This document shows positions 33,918-46,139 of a DNA stretch of 47,404 nt, piece after piece. A program made the translations under genes and the position numbers. This stretch comes from Octopus bimaculoides. Lineage: Eukaryota. Below the pieces are notes generated by a model. It made no database searches and had not been told where the DNA came from. It worked only from the letters and a program-made list of their open reading frames with translations. Numbering within the stretch: position 1 is the stretch's first letter; each line of letters begins with the position of its first letter. The stretch is taken from assembly GCF_001194135.2 (NCBI RefSeq), contig NC_068982.1, positions 186,466,214-186,513,617 of the forward strand, given 5' to 3'.

Positions 33918-34727
33918 TTAACTTTTCACATGGAATCATTTCACATGGAATCAAAAAGAAGTGTTCTTGGGAGTGGCTACGAAAGGAAGTCTTGCCATTA
34001 ATATTAGCATACTTAAAAACGTCCGAGGACCGTGAATTTTATTTAAACACAAACAGTATGAGAGACCACTATATGGATCACTTGTATGCTAAAAATACAT
34101 GAGATTGGAACTTTATACATTCGTATCCTTTCACGGAAACGAGTGGTAGCGGAAGGTTACGGTTGGATTGCCTTTGCTGATAGGTGTGCTGTGTCGTGAC
34201 TGACCTGGAGTTAACTAATAATTACTTCCGACACATCGTGGGTCTTAACATTCTACAGAACCATTCTTTATTTCTCAAATTATTCTTTATATCACCACTA
34301 GTCTGTAACTCGTTTTATGTCCAGAATAAGTAATATTTTGTTCCATTGAAATATAGGTTTCGTATTAAAAAAAAAATTAAGTAAAAGAAGGTAAAACAAT
34401 GTTGAAATAGAAGAAACATTTAATAGATCCAAATATGTAATAGTTTTTAACTGTTTTTCTTTCTATGTGCAACAAACCACGGACAGGGAATGTTGGTAAT
34501 CAAATAAAGTCTGTGTATCTTTAGTGAATTTAACGTTTTTATAATTGGAATGGCTTTGAGATCCTCTTGGTACAGTAAATTGAATTTGACCAGCAGAAAT
34601 TATTTTGTGTTTGATGGATCCCCCAATGCTACTGAGAGCAAAATACGGCTAACTATATCTGAAAACGTTTGTTGGTTGAGAGATCGAAGCAAAAGCATTG
34701 ATAGATAGATAGATAGATACCATTACA

Positions 34728-35016
34728 CTGTGTCGGTTACGACGACGAGAGTTCCAGTTGATCCAATCAGCGGAACAGCCTGCTCGTGATATTAATGTGT
34801 AAGTGGCCGAACACTCCACAGACACGCGTACCCTTAACGTAGTTATCAGGGAGATTCAGGGGACACAGAATTTGACAAGGCTGGTCATTTGAAATACAGG
34901 TACAACCCATTTTTGCCAGAATCTTGAAATAAAATATCTTCTTCAAAGCGCAACGTGCCGCCGGGAATTGAATTCACGACCGTAAGTTGAATGCCCTAAT
35001 CATTAAGCCACGCGCC
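34728..35016 (-). mobile_element. SINE family C, near full length
   Basis: Reverse complement of the 2605-2903 type, with a deletion in the core. Confidence 0.8.
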
Positions 35017-35230
35017 TCCGGATAGATGAAGAGACAGAAAGATATGTGACATCTCTTATTGTGAAGAAAGTAACTTAATAGAATTAAACAGAGAAAAATG
35101 AATATTCATTCATAAGTTTTCTTAAGAGGAAGTTAACGAATGGAGATTCAGCATTTTCTTTCTAATTTCTAATTTAATTTGTAGCGCCACACTCTTGTGA
35201 AATTCCTCTCTCCTTTATTATATAAACATA

Positions 35231-35416
35231 CATTCGAACGTAGCAGATAATAAGATAACCTTTGGCCGCTGTTTGGAGGATACGATTGGTTAGGTTGCAT
35301 ATTGGCGCGCGATGGAGTAAGAGACAAATTGCGCCATTACCAACCAATCAGAGTGGTGGACACAACAGGGTCCAAATAGCGCCCAAGGCTTAGCTGTTAT
35401 CTGCTACGTTCGAATG
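35231..35416. mobile_element. TA-flanked MITE
   Basis: 24-bp perfect inverted repeat CATACATTCGAACGTAGCAGATAA at 35227-35250 and 35397-35420, including the TA flanks. Confidence 0.75.
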
Positions 35417-35989
35417 TATGTATATATGGTAAAGGAGAGAGGAATTTCACTTAAAGTGTGCGCTACAAATTCTTTTGAAAGAAGTAATTGCTTAATGTCT
35501 CGTAAGATCAAATTGAGAAATATATATGTACATGTGCCTGCGTACATTCATGCATACCCAGACAAAGGCAGGAAAAGCGAGCGAAAGGGAGGGAGAAGTT
35601 GCGAGCCAAACCGAAATTTATGTTGTTTGACAAATTTGACAAAAATTATTAGCGATTTTTATCAATGTCTGCTATTCTTGCATAAGTAAAAATTTTCTAG
35701 AAAAAGCACCCAAGGCCACGGATTCAGAACAGGTGGAGGGGAAGGCTCTATCATAAGCAGACAAATGTTTGACTGGTATTTTTGTGTTTAGATATGAAAA
35801 TATGAAATGTAAACATATTTCCAGTTGTGTAGAGTTAGTGACAACTTGTAACCGACAAAATTGTAAACATTCATTTCAAAAGATTTCGATAAGGATATTT
35901 ACATTATTTTCTTATATTACCGCAATTATTATGCATGTGCACACAGACATAAGTATAGGTGTGTGTGTATGTTACTTTGTACATATGTA

Positions 35990-35997
35990 TGCATATT

Positions 35998-36062
<65 letters not shown>

Positions 36063-36372
36063 GTGTGTGATGTACATGTGTGTGCATATATAATGTACAT
36101 ATATGTGTGTGTGTGCATATGTAATGTACATATATATGTGTGTGCATATGTAATGTACATATATGTGTGTGTGGGCATATGTAATGTGTGTATATATATA
36201 TGTGAGTGTGCATATGTAATGTATATGTGTGTGTGCATATGTAATGTGTGTATATATGTGTGTGTGTGTGCATATGTAATATATGTGTGTGTATGCAAAT
36301 GTAATATATATGTGTGTGTGCATATGTAATGTATATATATATGTGTGTGTGTGTGCATATGTAATCTACATA
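35990..36372. repeat. Minisatellite with core GCATATGTAATGT embedded in (GT)/(AT) runs
   Basis: More than 10 units of about 22-30 bp; the same core recurs at 37232-37430. Confidence 0.85.
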
Positions 36373-37231
36373 TGTGGGAAATTCTGTCTGGGGGTGTGTT
36401 TGTGGAGTTGTTAGCTAACTCCTCCTACATCGTTTTATCGATTTTGTTGAAACTTGACACGTGAGTGGAACTCATGTCTGGAAACCTCATGACATACTCA
36501 GATTGTTGAAAAAAATCGATAATAGGGCCCCTGGAAGGGATCCTTATATATATCTAATATATTTTATTTTAACAGCCAAGGGAAATAACCCATTCATTTT
36601 CCTAAATCATTTGGTATAAATCAAACTGAGTATGCTTATTTCTTAGTATTTGAACTATTAGTTATTTTCGCAATTTATCTAGTACAACCCTTAAACAAGT
36701 AAATAGTATTCTCCTAAACAATAGATCCACTTATTTTCAGTTAGTGACTTATTCACGAATATACCAACACTAGCGCCCCTGAGGGTAATATTCTCTGGGA
36801 ACGCACAAAAGTCCTTTTCAGAGTTGTTTACTTTGAATTGTTATTATCTTATATCTGATTAGCCTGTTATCACGAAACATGCCTCACGATTTTAGTATAC
36901 ATACCTTATTAGTATTCCCTTCTATGTTCTATATACTATGGGAACGTATTAAAGCCCTTTTCGGGGCTACTTTATTTGAATTCTTATTATCGAGTAACTA
37001 ATTTCATGTTATTACATAACTGACTTCACAATTTGGGTGTTCTTAACTTATTGGGAATTCCTAAAAACAAAATCCTGTACAAGACAGTTCAGTATTCTCT
37101 GTAAATGCACAAAAACCGTTTTCAGGGCTACATACTTTGTATTGTTGTTACTGGATTAGCGAAACAATTATGAGAACGGAAGCAAGGGATAAGCCCGCTT
37201 TCCCGGGAATTACCGGGTACGTCAGCTAGTG

Positions 37232-37430
37232 TATATATGTGTATGTGTGTGTGTGTGCATATGTAATGTGTGTGCATATGTAATGTATGTGTGTGCGTAT
37301 GTAATGTAATATGTGTGTGTGTGCATATGTAATGTAATATATGTGTGTGTGCATATGTAATGTATATGTGTGTGTGCATATGCAATGTATGTGTGTGTGT
37401 ATATGTAATGTATATATATATATATATGTA
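37232..37430. repeat. Second GCATATGTAATGT minisatellite array
   Basis: Directly visible. Confidence 0.8.
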
Positions 37431-37758
37431 TGCATTGTGTATCTCTGTATCCGTCTGTCTGTCTGTCTGTCGCTCTCTCATATATATAGTTGTGTTTGTA
37501 TGTACACGTATACGTATGTTTATATTTGTGTATATATGCATTTTTTTTGTATGTATGTGTGTAATCATGTGTATGTGCATGCATGCGTGCGTGCCTACAC
37601 GCGTGTTGTTGAAGGTAATACATACATATCTGGTCTGTAATGCTGTAATTGCGATTTTTCCGTTCCATTCTATTTTAATCCCACAAACCAGGCCTTTTCA
37701 ACTTACTGTGTCACGGTTAGTCTGCAAGTGCTCCCCCTAGACGTGTTGGTGTGCTGCG

Positions 37759-37868
37759 TTTAGTCTTCGAGGGTGCCGCGCATGTTCTACAGGTGTGCCA
37801 TGGATAGTCTGCATGTGTGTCGCGTATAATCTGCAGGTGCCCCACGTATAGTCTGCAGGTGTGCCGCG
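37759..37868. repeat. 22-bp tandem repeat, 5 diverged units
   Basis: Units start at 37759, 37781, 37803, 37825 and 37847; consensus about TATAGTCTGCAGGTGTGCCGCG. Confidence 0.8.
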
Positions 37869-38303
37869 AGTTTATGAAGAGAATCGGAAAATACCAGGAA
37901 AGTTNNNNNNNNNNNNNNNNNNNNNNNNNNNNNNNNNNNNNNNNNNNNNNNNNNNNNNNNNNNNNNNNNNNNNNNNNNNNNNNNNNNNNNNNNNNNNNNN
38001 NNNNNNNNNNNNNNNNNNNNNNNNNNNNNNNNNNNNNNNNNNNNNNNNNNNNNNNNNNNNNNNNNNNNNNNNNNNNNNNNNNNNNNNNNNNNNNNNNNNN
38101 NNNNNNNNNNNNNNNNNNNNNNNNNNNNNNNNNNNNNNNNNNNNNNNNNNNNNNNNNNNNNNNNNNNNNNNNNNNNNNNNNNNNNNNNNNNNNNNNNNNN
38201 NNNNNNNNNNNNNNNTTTATGTTCTGATCTCACTGTTCAAATCCCAGCGTGACCTACCAGAGTGAGTAACTTAATCCGTCGTCCGGTTAAATACCAGCAT
38301 CAC

Positions 38304-38433
38304 CTGAGACCTTAGGAACCTGTTGTTGACATCTGGGCCAAGAATCTGGTTTTTGAGGATTTCTCTCTTCCTTCCTTTCGCCAGTCTCCGACGTCCTTGA
38401 AAAGGGGCTCCTGGGCATTGCTTTTCCTCCGAA
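38304..38433 (-). CDS. Candidate exon of an unidentified gene (130 nt)
   Basis: Acceptor gttttattgtttag, possible donor CAG|gtgatg; purine-rich unique sequence; reading frame ambiguous. Confidence 0.3.
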
Positions 38434-38638
38434 CTAAACAATAAAACTGTTTTAAAACGATTTTGACACACACACATACACACACACGCACACGCGCGCG
38501 CACACACACGCACATACACACATGCAGGGTTAAGACCCATAGAGGCAAGATTTTGGTGCCCCTGTATAAATGTAATTCAAAATATATACAATAATAAACC
38601 ATAAAATAAATTTATATTTTTCAAAACGAAACAAAACT

Positions 38639-39000
38639 TATATTCTTTTCTACTCTTGGCACAAGGCCCGAAATTTTGGGGGAGGGGACGGAATTTGAAC
38701 TCAGAACGTAAAGACAGACGAAATACCGCTAAGCATTTCGCCCTGCATGCTAACGTTTCTGACAGCTCACCCCTTTAAATATTGTTCTTTTCTACTCTAG
38801 GCACTAGCCCCGAAATTTTCGGGGAGGGGGCCAGTCGATTAGATCGACCTCAATATGCAACTGGTACTTAATTTACCGACCCTGAAAAGATGAAAGGCAA
38901 AGTCGACCTCGGCGGAATTTGAACTCAGAACGTAAAGACAGACGATGTACCGCTAAGCATTTCGCCCGGCGTGCTAACGTTTCTGCCAGCACCTCGCCGC
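38639..39000 (-). mobile_element. Two tandem family F SINEs (38639-38771 internally deleted; 38778-39000 complete)
   Basis: Two consecutive F consensus matches in the same orientation. Confidence 0.85.
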
Positions 39001-39233
39001 CTTGATACAAAAACTAATATTAAGATGGAAAATAATGTTTCTTATGTATATTCTCACTTTTATTTATATTTGAAAAGCTTTCTCCTACTTTTGTTTTTAA
39101 TTGCAAAGTCTTTGATCAGATCCTCACTACGACACCATGAACACATCGAAATTATGTTTCTGATCATATAAACTACTTCAAATATTATTTTAGCAAGTTT
39201 AAAATGATTTCTTTTGTGCCGTAAACCATTTAC

Positions 39234-39316
39234 CATTTCTGTGGTGAAACTCTCCCCGCTCCACCCTTTCTTTGCTGCCCTAATCCAGCGCTGGACACAC
39301 ACGGGATTGGTAACAC
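39234..39316 (-). CDS. Candidate exon of an unidentified gene (83 nt)
   Basis: Acceptor tgttcttttag, donor ATG|gtaaat; GC-richer than flanks; reads (G)VTNPVCVQRWIRAAKKGWSGESFTTEM. Confidence 0.35.
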
Positions 39317-39896
39317 CTAAAAGAACATAGCTTTCCTTACATTCAGCGGAGGTGAATGTATCTTTGCTCAGAAGGAATTGATGTCATCGTACAGTATGGA
39401 ATAGCCTTTAAGTATTTCTACCCTCAACCCTAACACCTCGTGTTGGTGAGGTCGCCAGTGATAGCCCTATCACTGCTCCATCATCTCCCCAGTAATATGC
39501 ACACACGCACGTACACGTATGTGTGTATGTACCTTTGCTTGTCTCCTAGTTTTGACATGACATCATGCGGTAGTTGTAAACTTGCGTTACCATCATGGCT
39601 ACACACATACACACACATATATACATATTTTATGTGTGTGTTTTGTTATGTCTATACGTGTTTATGTGTGTGTGTACGCAGACTGCAATCAATCTTAAGA
39701 TATACAAGAATGTGTTTGAGATGTTAGGAGACATGCTACATGTAATCAATGCGCAAATAGTTTCTCTGGCTTCTTATCTATGACGTCACCATAAAAATGT
39801 TGTGGATCATGTATGATATACATACATACATACATTAATACACACACATACATATATAAATACACTTACACACACACAGACACACGCACGTACATA

Positions 39897-40156
39897 TTAG
39901 GTTGGTGCATAATTATTGCGGCTTTTTTTTTTTTTTTTACAATAAATTTTATTCAACAAAAACAATAACATTTGACAAAAACATCTTTAAATGATTATTC
40001 TGACCGTCTGCCAAGCAAATGGGAAGCAGTAATTGAAGTAGATGGTGAATATGCTCTGGAATAATCATTTAAAGATGTTTTTGTTAAATGTTGTTATTAT
40101 TTTTGTTGAGTAAAATTTAGTGACAAAATGCCGCAATAATTATGCACCAACCTTAA
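39897..40156 (+). mobile_element. Internally deleted mariner element
   Basis: TIRs TTAGGTTGGTGCATAATTATTGCGGC with TA flanks; interior retains the transposase C-terminus DRLPSKWEAVIEVDGEYALE*. Confidence 0.85.
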
Positions 40157-40281
40157 TACATGATCAGTAAGTATCTGGATTGTTGCCATAGTAACGAAGC
40201 TAAAGCACGTAGAGGGAAGCCGCTTGGCAAAGATTGACCTTGGACTCTGTTGTGCATGCGTACTAAGTTTTAACGTTCTAG

Positions 40282-41065
40282 CTCACTTCCGCTGCTGATG
40301 ACACTAAGCTCCAGCAAATCATCAATGAAGAAGAAGACCGAACCCAACTCCAGTCTGATCTATATGCTGTGAGTCAATGGGCAGACAAAAACAAAATGCA
40401 ACTGAACGAGGGAAAATTTGAGCTGATGCATTTTGGAAGAAAGTCCACACTAAAACAGCCATACTCTCTTCCTTCAGGGGAACCGCTCACGGCAGCCAAT
40501 AATATCAGAGATCTGGGTGTAATTGTTGATAACAATCTCAATTGGAGTGCTCACATCAACAATAAGGTCAATATAGCTCGTAGGATGAGCTCCTGGATCT
40601 TAAGAACCTTCCTGTCCAGAGAACAAGGTGTCATCATTCCACTTTTCTCCTCCTTTGTACGGCCACACCTCGAATACTGCTGCCCCTTGTGGTCTCTCCA
40701 TACAAAACAAAACATCTCGAGGATTGAATCACCCCAGAGAGCACTCACTAAACGAATTGAAGGCATGACTGATCTCGATTACTGGGACCGCCTCAAAGCC
40801 TTGAAGCTCTACTCTCTCCAGCACCGCCGCGAGTCGTACATCATTTGTACGATGTGGAGAATATACCGCCAGCATTGCCCAGACGACCTGAACATTAGCT
40901 TCAAGGTTCATCCAAGGCTGGGACCACGGGCCATACGTCCCCTGCTCAATTCAGGATCACAACATATAGGTTCACTGCAGCATAATTTCTTTTCCTCAAC
41001 AGGCCCTGCCCTGTTTAACATTGTCCCAAAACAGATAAAAGAGGAAAAGGATCCTATCAGCTTTA
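40282..41065 (+). mobile_element. CR1/jockey-group LINE ORF2 fragment, RT domain 5 to C-terminal region, uninterrupted frame
   Basis: Open frame 40282-41094: (A)ADDTK…LQSDL…W…LNEGKF…IRDLGVIVDNNLNWSAHI…VRPHLEYCCPLW…RLKALKLYSLQHRR. Truncated at both ends, no tail. Confidence 0.9.
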
Positions 41066-41217
41066 AACTCAATAAGAACTCACTACTTAAATAAACCATA
41101 AACAAATCTTGACTGTAAAAAGGAATTAGATAATCATATCGGGTGGTGCTATTAAGTTAGACATGGCCTAGGCCAATCTTTGGTCGAAACATATCTAAGT
41201 TTATCTAAGTTTATATC

Positions 41218-41415
41218 AACGTTAGATTTGTTCGTCTTTCGTGTTGGGAATGTATTAGAAGTGATTTAAAATCGGTGAGTTGACGTCAATAAAAGCTGTT
41301 TCGTGGCCTCGAATGATTGAAGAATTGGAGTTTATCAGGGAAGAAATTCTCAAATTCTTCAACCAAAGTGACATCAACACGTCTTGATCTTTTGTTATGG
41401 GTGATATCACTTAGT
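41218..41415 (+). repeat. Left arm of a ~200-bp diverged inverted repeat
   Basis: Reverse complement of 42618-42812 (e.g. TTTCGTGGCCTCGAATGA…GGAGTTTATCAGGGAA). Confidence 0.75.
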
Positions 41416-41977
41416 TATTTTGGGTGCCATTACAGACTAAAACGAGGAGTGTGCATGAAATGGCAAGTAATTAAATATAGCGATTTGAAGGAGATACACT
41501 AAACACGGGGATGAGGGTGGGGTGAAAATGTACTGTTGTTTTGGTGGTGGTGGTGGTGGTTTAGTCCCAGGTCAATCTTTGATGAAAAGCTTACGAAAGA
41601 GCAGCGTTGAATATTTAGGTCCTGTGTGTGCTTCCTCTGATAAGGCTATAAGATGTGAGGTGTGTGTCTGGGTGTGTGTGTATGTGAGAGAGAGAGAGAG
41701 AGAGATTGTGATGAAAACAAGTCTATATCGTTTGTTCCCTAGGTATGTCTCTCCATTGTGGTTATTTGCATGTTCTGTCGTGGAAGTTCCAAGTTCAATC
41801 GAATGCTGAACCACCTCAATTAATCAGGGCAACACTTTATCGCATTATGTTACACAGATCAACTGCTTAGTCTGTGGAGCTCCGAACTCACCAGTAACAG
41901 TCGTTCACACAAGATATGTTATATTTATGTTATATAAATGTGTTATGCAGTGTCACATGCGTATGAATACAACATAC

Positions 41978-42020
<43 letters not shown>

Positions 42021-42039
42021 ATATAATGTATATGTTTTT

Positions 42040-42329
42040 TTATGCGCCCTTTTAAAGCCTAGCCAGGCTCATGGGCCCGGTTTCCCGGTTTCTATGGCAT
42101 ATGTGCCACCCACCAGCTGGACGGGCCGCCATTCCATCGCAGCTTTACTCAAGAAACAGGAAGAAAGAGTGAGAGAAAGTTGGGGCGAAAGAGTACAACA
42201 GGGGTCACCCCCCCCCCTTGCTGAAGCCTCGTGGAGCTTTAGGTGTTTTCGCTCAATAACCGCACACAACGCCCGGTCTGGGAATCGAAACAGCGATCCT
42301 CCCTAACCACTGGGCCATTGCACCTCCAC
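42040..42329 (-). mobile_element. SINE family D, full length
   Basis: A-box TGGCCCAGTGG, B-box GTTTCGATTCC; tail contains CTGCGATGGAATGGCGGCCCGTCCAG. Confidence 0.85.
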
Positions 42330-42617
42330 AATGTATATGTACACAAGATATATATACACACGCGCGCACGTACAGATATACATACGTACATATATACACA
42401 ACTCCTTACTTTTAAATAAACGTAGCTGCAGGAAAGCCACGGCTGGAACGCTTTCTATCATTGATCTTCTAAAACAAGAGCGACACGGGGTTTAAGCCCC
42501 ACTAAAAGCAGCAACAACTCTACATTTGCCCTTCCCCCAGTTTCGTGTACCCCCTTCAATCTCCATATTTTATTGCTTCTCGGCCTATTAACCTCAAATA
42601 ACTCTCTAGAATTTAGA

Positions 42618-42812
42618 GTCTAAGTGATATCAACCACAAGAGATCAGGTCACGTTGATATCACTTTAGTTGAAGAATTTCAGAAGCGTTTCCCTGATAAA
42701 CTCCGATTCTTCACTCATTCGAGGCCACGAAATGGCTTTTACTGACGTCTACTCACCCACTTCGAATCCATTCCTAATGTATCCCCAACAAGAACAAAAC
42801 TAACGTCAGTAT
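42618..42812 (-). repeat. Right arm of the inverted repeat
   Basis: See 41218-41415. Confidence 0.75.
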
Positions 42813-42834
42813 ACATTCCTTTTTTTTTAATTAT

Positions 42835-44092
42835 TACTTTTTATCTTTTATCTCTTACTCGTTTCAGTAATTAGACTGCGGCCATGCTGGAGCACCGCCT
42901 TGGAGAATTTTTAGTCGAATGAATCGACCCCTGTGCTTATTATTTTTATTATAAGCCTGGTGCATATTCCATCGGTTTCTTTTGCCGAATTGCTATGTTA
43001 GAGAATNNNNNNNNNNNNNNNNNNNNNNNNNNNNNNNNNNNNNNNNNNNNNNNNNNNNNNNNNNNNNNNNNNNNNNNNNNNNNNNNNNNNNNNNNNNNNN
43101 NNNNNNNNNNNNNNNNNNNNNNNNNNNNNNNNNNNNNNNNNNNNNNNNNNNNNNNNNNNNNNNNNNNNNNNNNNNNNNNNNNNNNNNNNNNNNNNNNNNN
43201 NNNNNNNNNNNNNNNNNNNNNNNNNNNNNNNNNNNNNNNNNNNNNNNNNNNNNNNNNNNNNNNNNNNNNNNNNNNNNNNNNNNNNNNNNNNNNNNNNNNN
43301 NNNNNNNNNNNNNNNNNNNNNNNNNNNNNNNNNNNNNNNNNNNNNNNNNNNNNNNNNNNNNNNNNNNNNNNNNNNNNNNNNNNNNNNNNNNNNNNNNNNN
43401 NNNNNNNNNNNNNNNNNNNNNNNNNNNNNNNNNNNNNNNNNNNNNNNNNNNNNNNNNNNNNNNNNNNNNNNNNNNNNNNNNNNNNNNNNNNNNNNNNNNN
43501 NNNNNNNNNNNNNNNNNNNNNNNNNNNNNNNNNNNNNNNNNNNNNNNNNNNNNNNNNNNNNNNNNNNNNNNNNNNNNNNNNNNNNNNNNNNNNNNNNNNN
43601 NNNNNNNNNNNNNNNNNNNNNNNNNNNNNNNNNNNNNNNNNNNNNNNNNNNNNNNNNNNNNNNNNNNNNNNNNNNNNNNNNNNNNNNNNNNNNNNNNNNN
43701 NNNNNNNNNNNNNNNNNNNNNNNNNNNNNNNNNNNNNNNNNNNNNNNNNNNNNNNNNNNNNNNNNNNNNNNNNNNNNNNNNNNNNNNNNNNNNNNNNNNN
43801 NNNNNNNNNNNNNNNNNNNNNNNNNNNNNNNNNNNNNNNNNNNNNNNNNNNNNNNNNNNNNNNNNNNNNNGGTTGTCAAGCAATGTTGGGGGGGGGGACA
43901 AACACAGACACACAAACACACACACATACATACATATACATACAATAGGCTTCTTTCAGTTTCCGTCTACCAAATCCACTCACAAGGTTTTTGTCGGCCC
44001 GAGGCTATAATAGAAGACACTTGCCCAAGGTGTCACGCAGTGGGACTGAACAAACGCAGAATCACTTGGTTGGTAAGCAAGCTACTTTACCA
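42835..44092 (-). mobile_element. SINE family A split by an 864-N gap
   Basis: Tail at 42835-43006 and remainder at 43871-44092 are separated by only ~30 bp in the consensus. Confidence 0.8.
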
Positions 44093-44328
44093 CACACACA
44101 CACACACACACATATTGTGTATGTATTTTTTGTCTGTGTTGTTGGAATGTCAATTAGTGTCTAATTAGAAATCGTCTGATAATTTACTGTAGATAACGTG
44201 AAACCTGTTAACTGCTGTGACATTTAAATAAAGATTATCTCTCTTCTTAGCTGTCTATTATCGTTGATTTCTACCTTTCGTTATTGTTGTTAATATTTTA
44301 ATTTTCTAAATCTGTGTGTGTGTGTGAG

Positions 44329-44428
<100 letters not shown>

Positions 44429-46139
44429 TTGTAATGAACACAAGTTTATATCATTTGTTCCCTACGTACGTCTTACCATTTTGGTTATTTGCATCTTTTA
44501 ACGGTGGAACTCGAAGTAGATAACGCTATAAATAATAGTATGTCGAATATTGGGTAAAAAAAATACCCATGAGTGGAAAGAAGTCGAAGGCTACCCTTAT
44601 GATTGTAACGCATCTGTCATGTTCACGGATGTGAGTTCATGTCCCACGGGTTGCCTTCAACTTTTCTTCCCTCCAAGCGGATTCTTATCCCAATTTTCTC
44701 TATGCTATATTTTATAGCTTTATCTACTTCAATTTGCACCGTTAAAAACGATTTATTTCATATCTCTGAAAGTTTCTGAAATTGTTATGTTGTAGACGCG
44801 CGCGTGTATGTGTTTAACTGAACGATTTTCTAGTTTAACCTGGTTGTTGTTGTTGTTGTTCAATCCCATGTCAAGCTCCATAGAAGAGACTGATATACCG
44901 GGTTCGATCCCATTCTGCAGCGACTTGGTCTATTTGTTTTTAAACAGTCTCAGGACGACCCCAACATTGTGAATAAAATCTAAGATATAGAAACTGTACG
45001 GAATCTCGTCGGTTGGCCTGTACCTGATTCCATTCGTCGGTTACGCTAATGGCACACTTGTTTCTTAAATGCTCAGTTACTTATATCCGATAGTTGAATG
45101 GAGCTGATAATTCAGTCGATCAAACAACTGAATGTTCATCGTCGAAACCGACGGAGATTCTTTTATTATATAGCTTTAGATTATTTAATGTGTGTGTGTG
45201 TGTGACTTTGTCTCTTTTTAAGCTGGGGTGGATTTGCGAGCTGAGGAAGATTGTCTTACTTTTAAGTGGAGCCGTGTCGTTGGTTCACCAGCTAGACGTC
45301 GCTGTTGGTTGAAGTGTCACTGTGTGAGATGTGCAGATATGATGTATGGGAATACGTGTGCCTGCGTGTTGATGAGGAATGCGTGAGAGCGAGAAAGAGA
45401 GAGAGGTGGGAGGCGAGGTCGGCTTCTGAGTTGAGAATAAAGTATTTGATTTGATTTTAGTTTTATTTTTTTTTAATTATTGTCCTGACCCAATTAACTA
45501 TAACCGCGCCCACTTACCCAAATACACAGATGTACCCACACATACATACACCGACACAAACGCGTACACACCAAAATGCATGCGGCCGTACATATACACA
45601 ATTACACATATATGCCAAGATGCATACGTACATGCATACACATACACATATAGACACATAAATACACACACATATATACACACACACACACAGTGTACCA
45701 CCCCTAATTTGTCTACGTCTTAGATGGTTATAGAATAAAATAAAGCCCAAGAATAAAATATAAAATTTTTAAAATGTGTGACGACTTATTTTCAAATAAC
45801 ATGAAATATATTTGCACCAAACGAAATATTTACATTATCAACATTTTGAAGACGCGTCAGCATCTGGTGATCATACAACCAATGAAGAAGCAGTCCTCCA
45901 CGTGGTGGCCCCTCTGGCTAGAACCTGCATCCAAAGTCCCCCTCAAGCTGCATTCTGTTGGCATATAAGAGGAAATATCTGAAGGTGTCGTCTAAGCTAG
46001 AATATTCCGTTAGTAATTTTTACACCGTTTTTATGTTCTTCTTGCTTTCTAGAAAGAGGCGGTAAAATACACCAATACACAGGGGCCTTGCACTCTACAT
46101 GTTAACTCTCTTTGATATCGATGCTAAGGGGCCCTTAAT

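Larger units (their letters stand above)
1689..43870. other. Assembly gaps: 1689-2209, 7191-7400, 9442-9524, 14109-14865, 25253-25968, 29070-29079, 31599-31940, 37905-38215, 43007-43870
   Basis: N runs. Confidence 0.98.

Noticed and set aside
33960-34102. Protein-like plus frame WEWLRKEVLPLILAYLKTSEDREFYLNT
   Set aside because: No pyrimidine-rich acceptor, no recognisable domain; the ORF start lies in a SINE.
41160-41195. Hammerhead-like GGCCA-atctt-TGGTC-GAAAC
   Set aside because: The CUGANGA box is absent (would need a 4-nt deletion) and stem I does not pair.
1577-44010. Long ORFs in the track (e.g. 335, 342, 319 aa) and CVCV/HTHT/IYIY-type ORFs
   Set aside because: They span N gaps or translate dinucleotide microsatellites.
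44539-44631. Plus-strand exon candidate ending at a strong GTGAGT donor (CRILGKKNTHEWKEVEGYPYDCNASVMFTD)
   Set aside because: Acceptor lacks a pyrimidine tract and there is no supporting partner exon; cannot exclude without RNA-seq.
45258-45320. Minus-strand 60-nt exon-like segment with GTAAGA donor
   Set aside because: Stops in all three frames; could only be a UTR exon, with no evidence.
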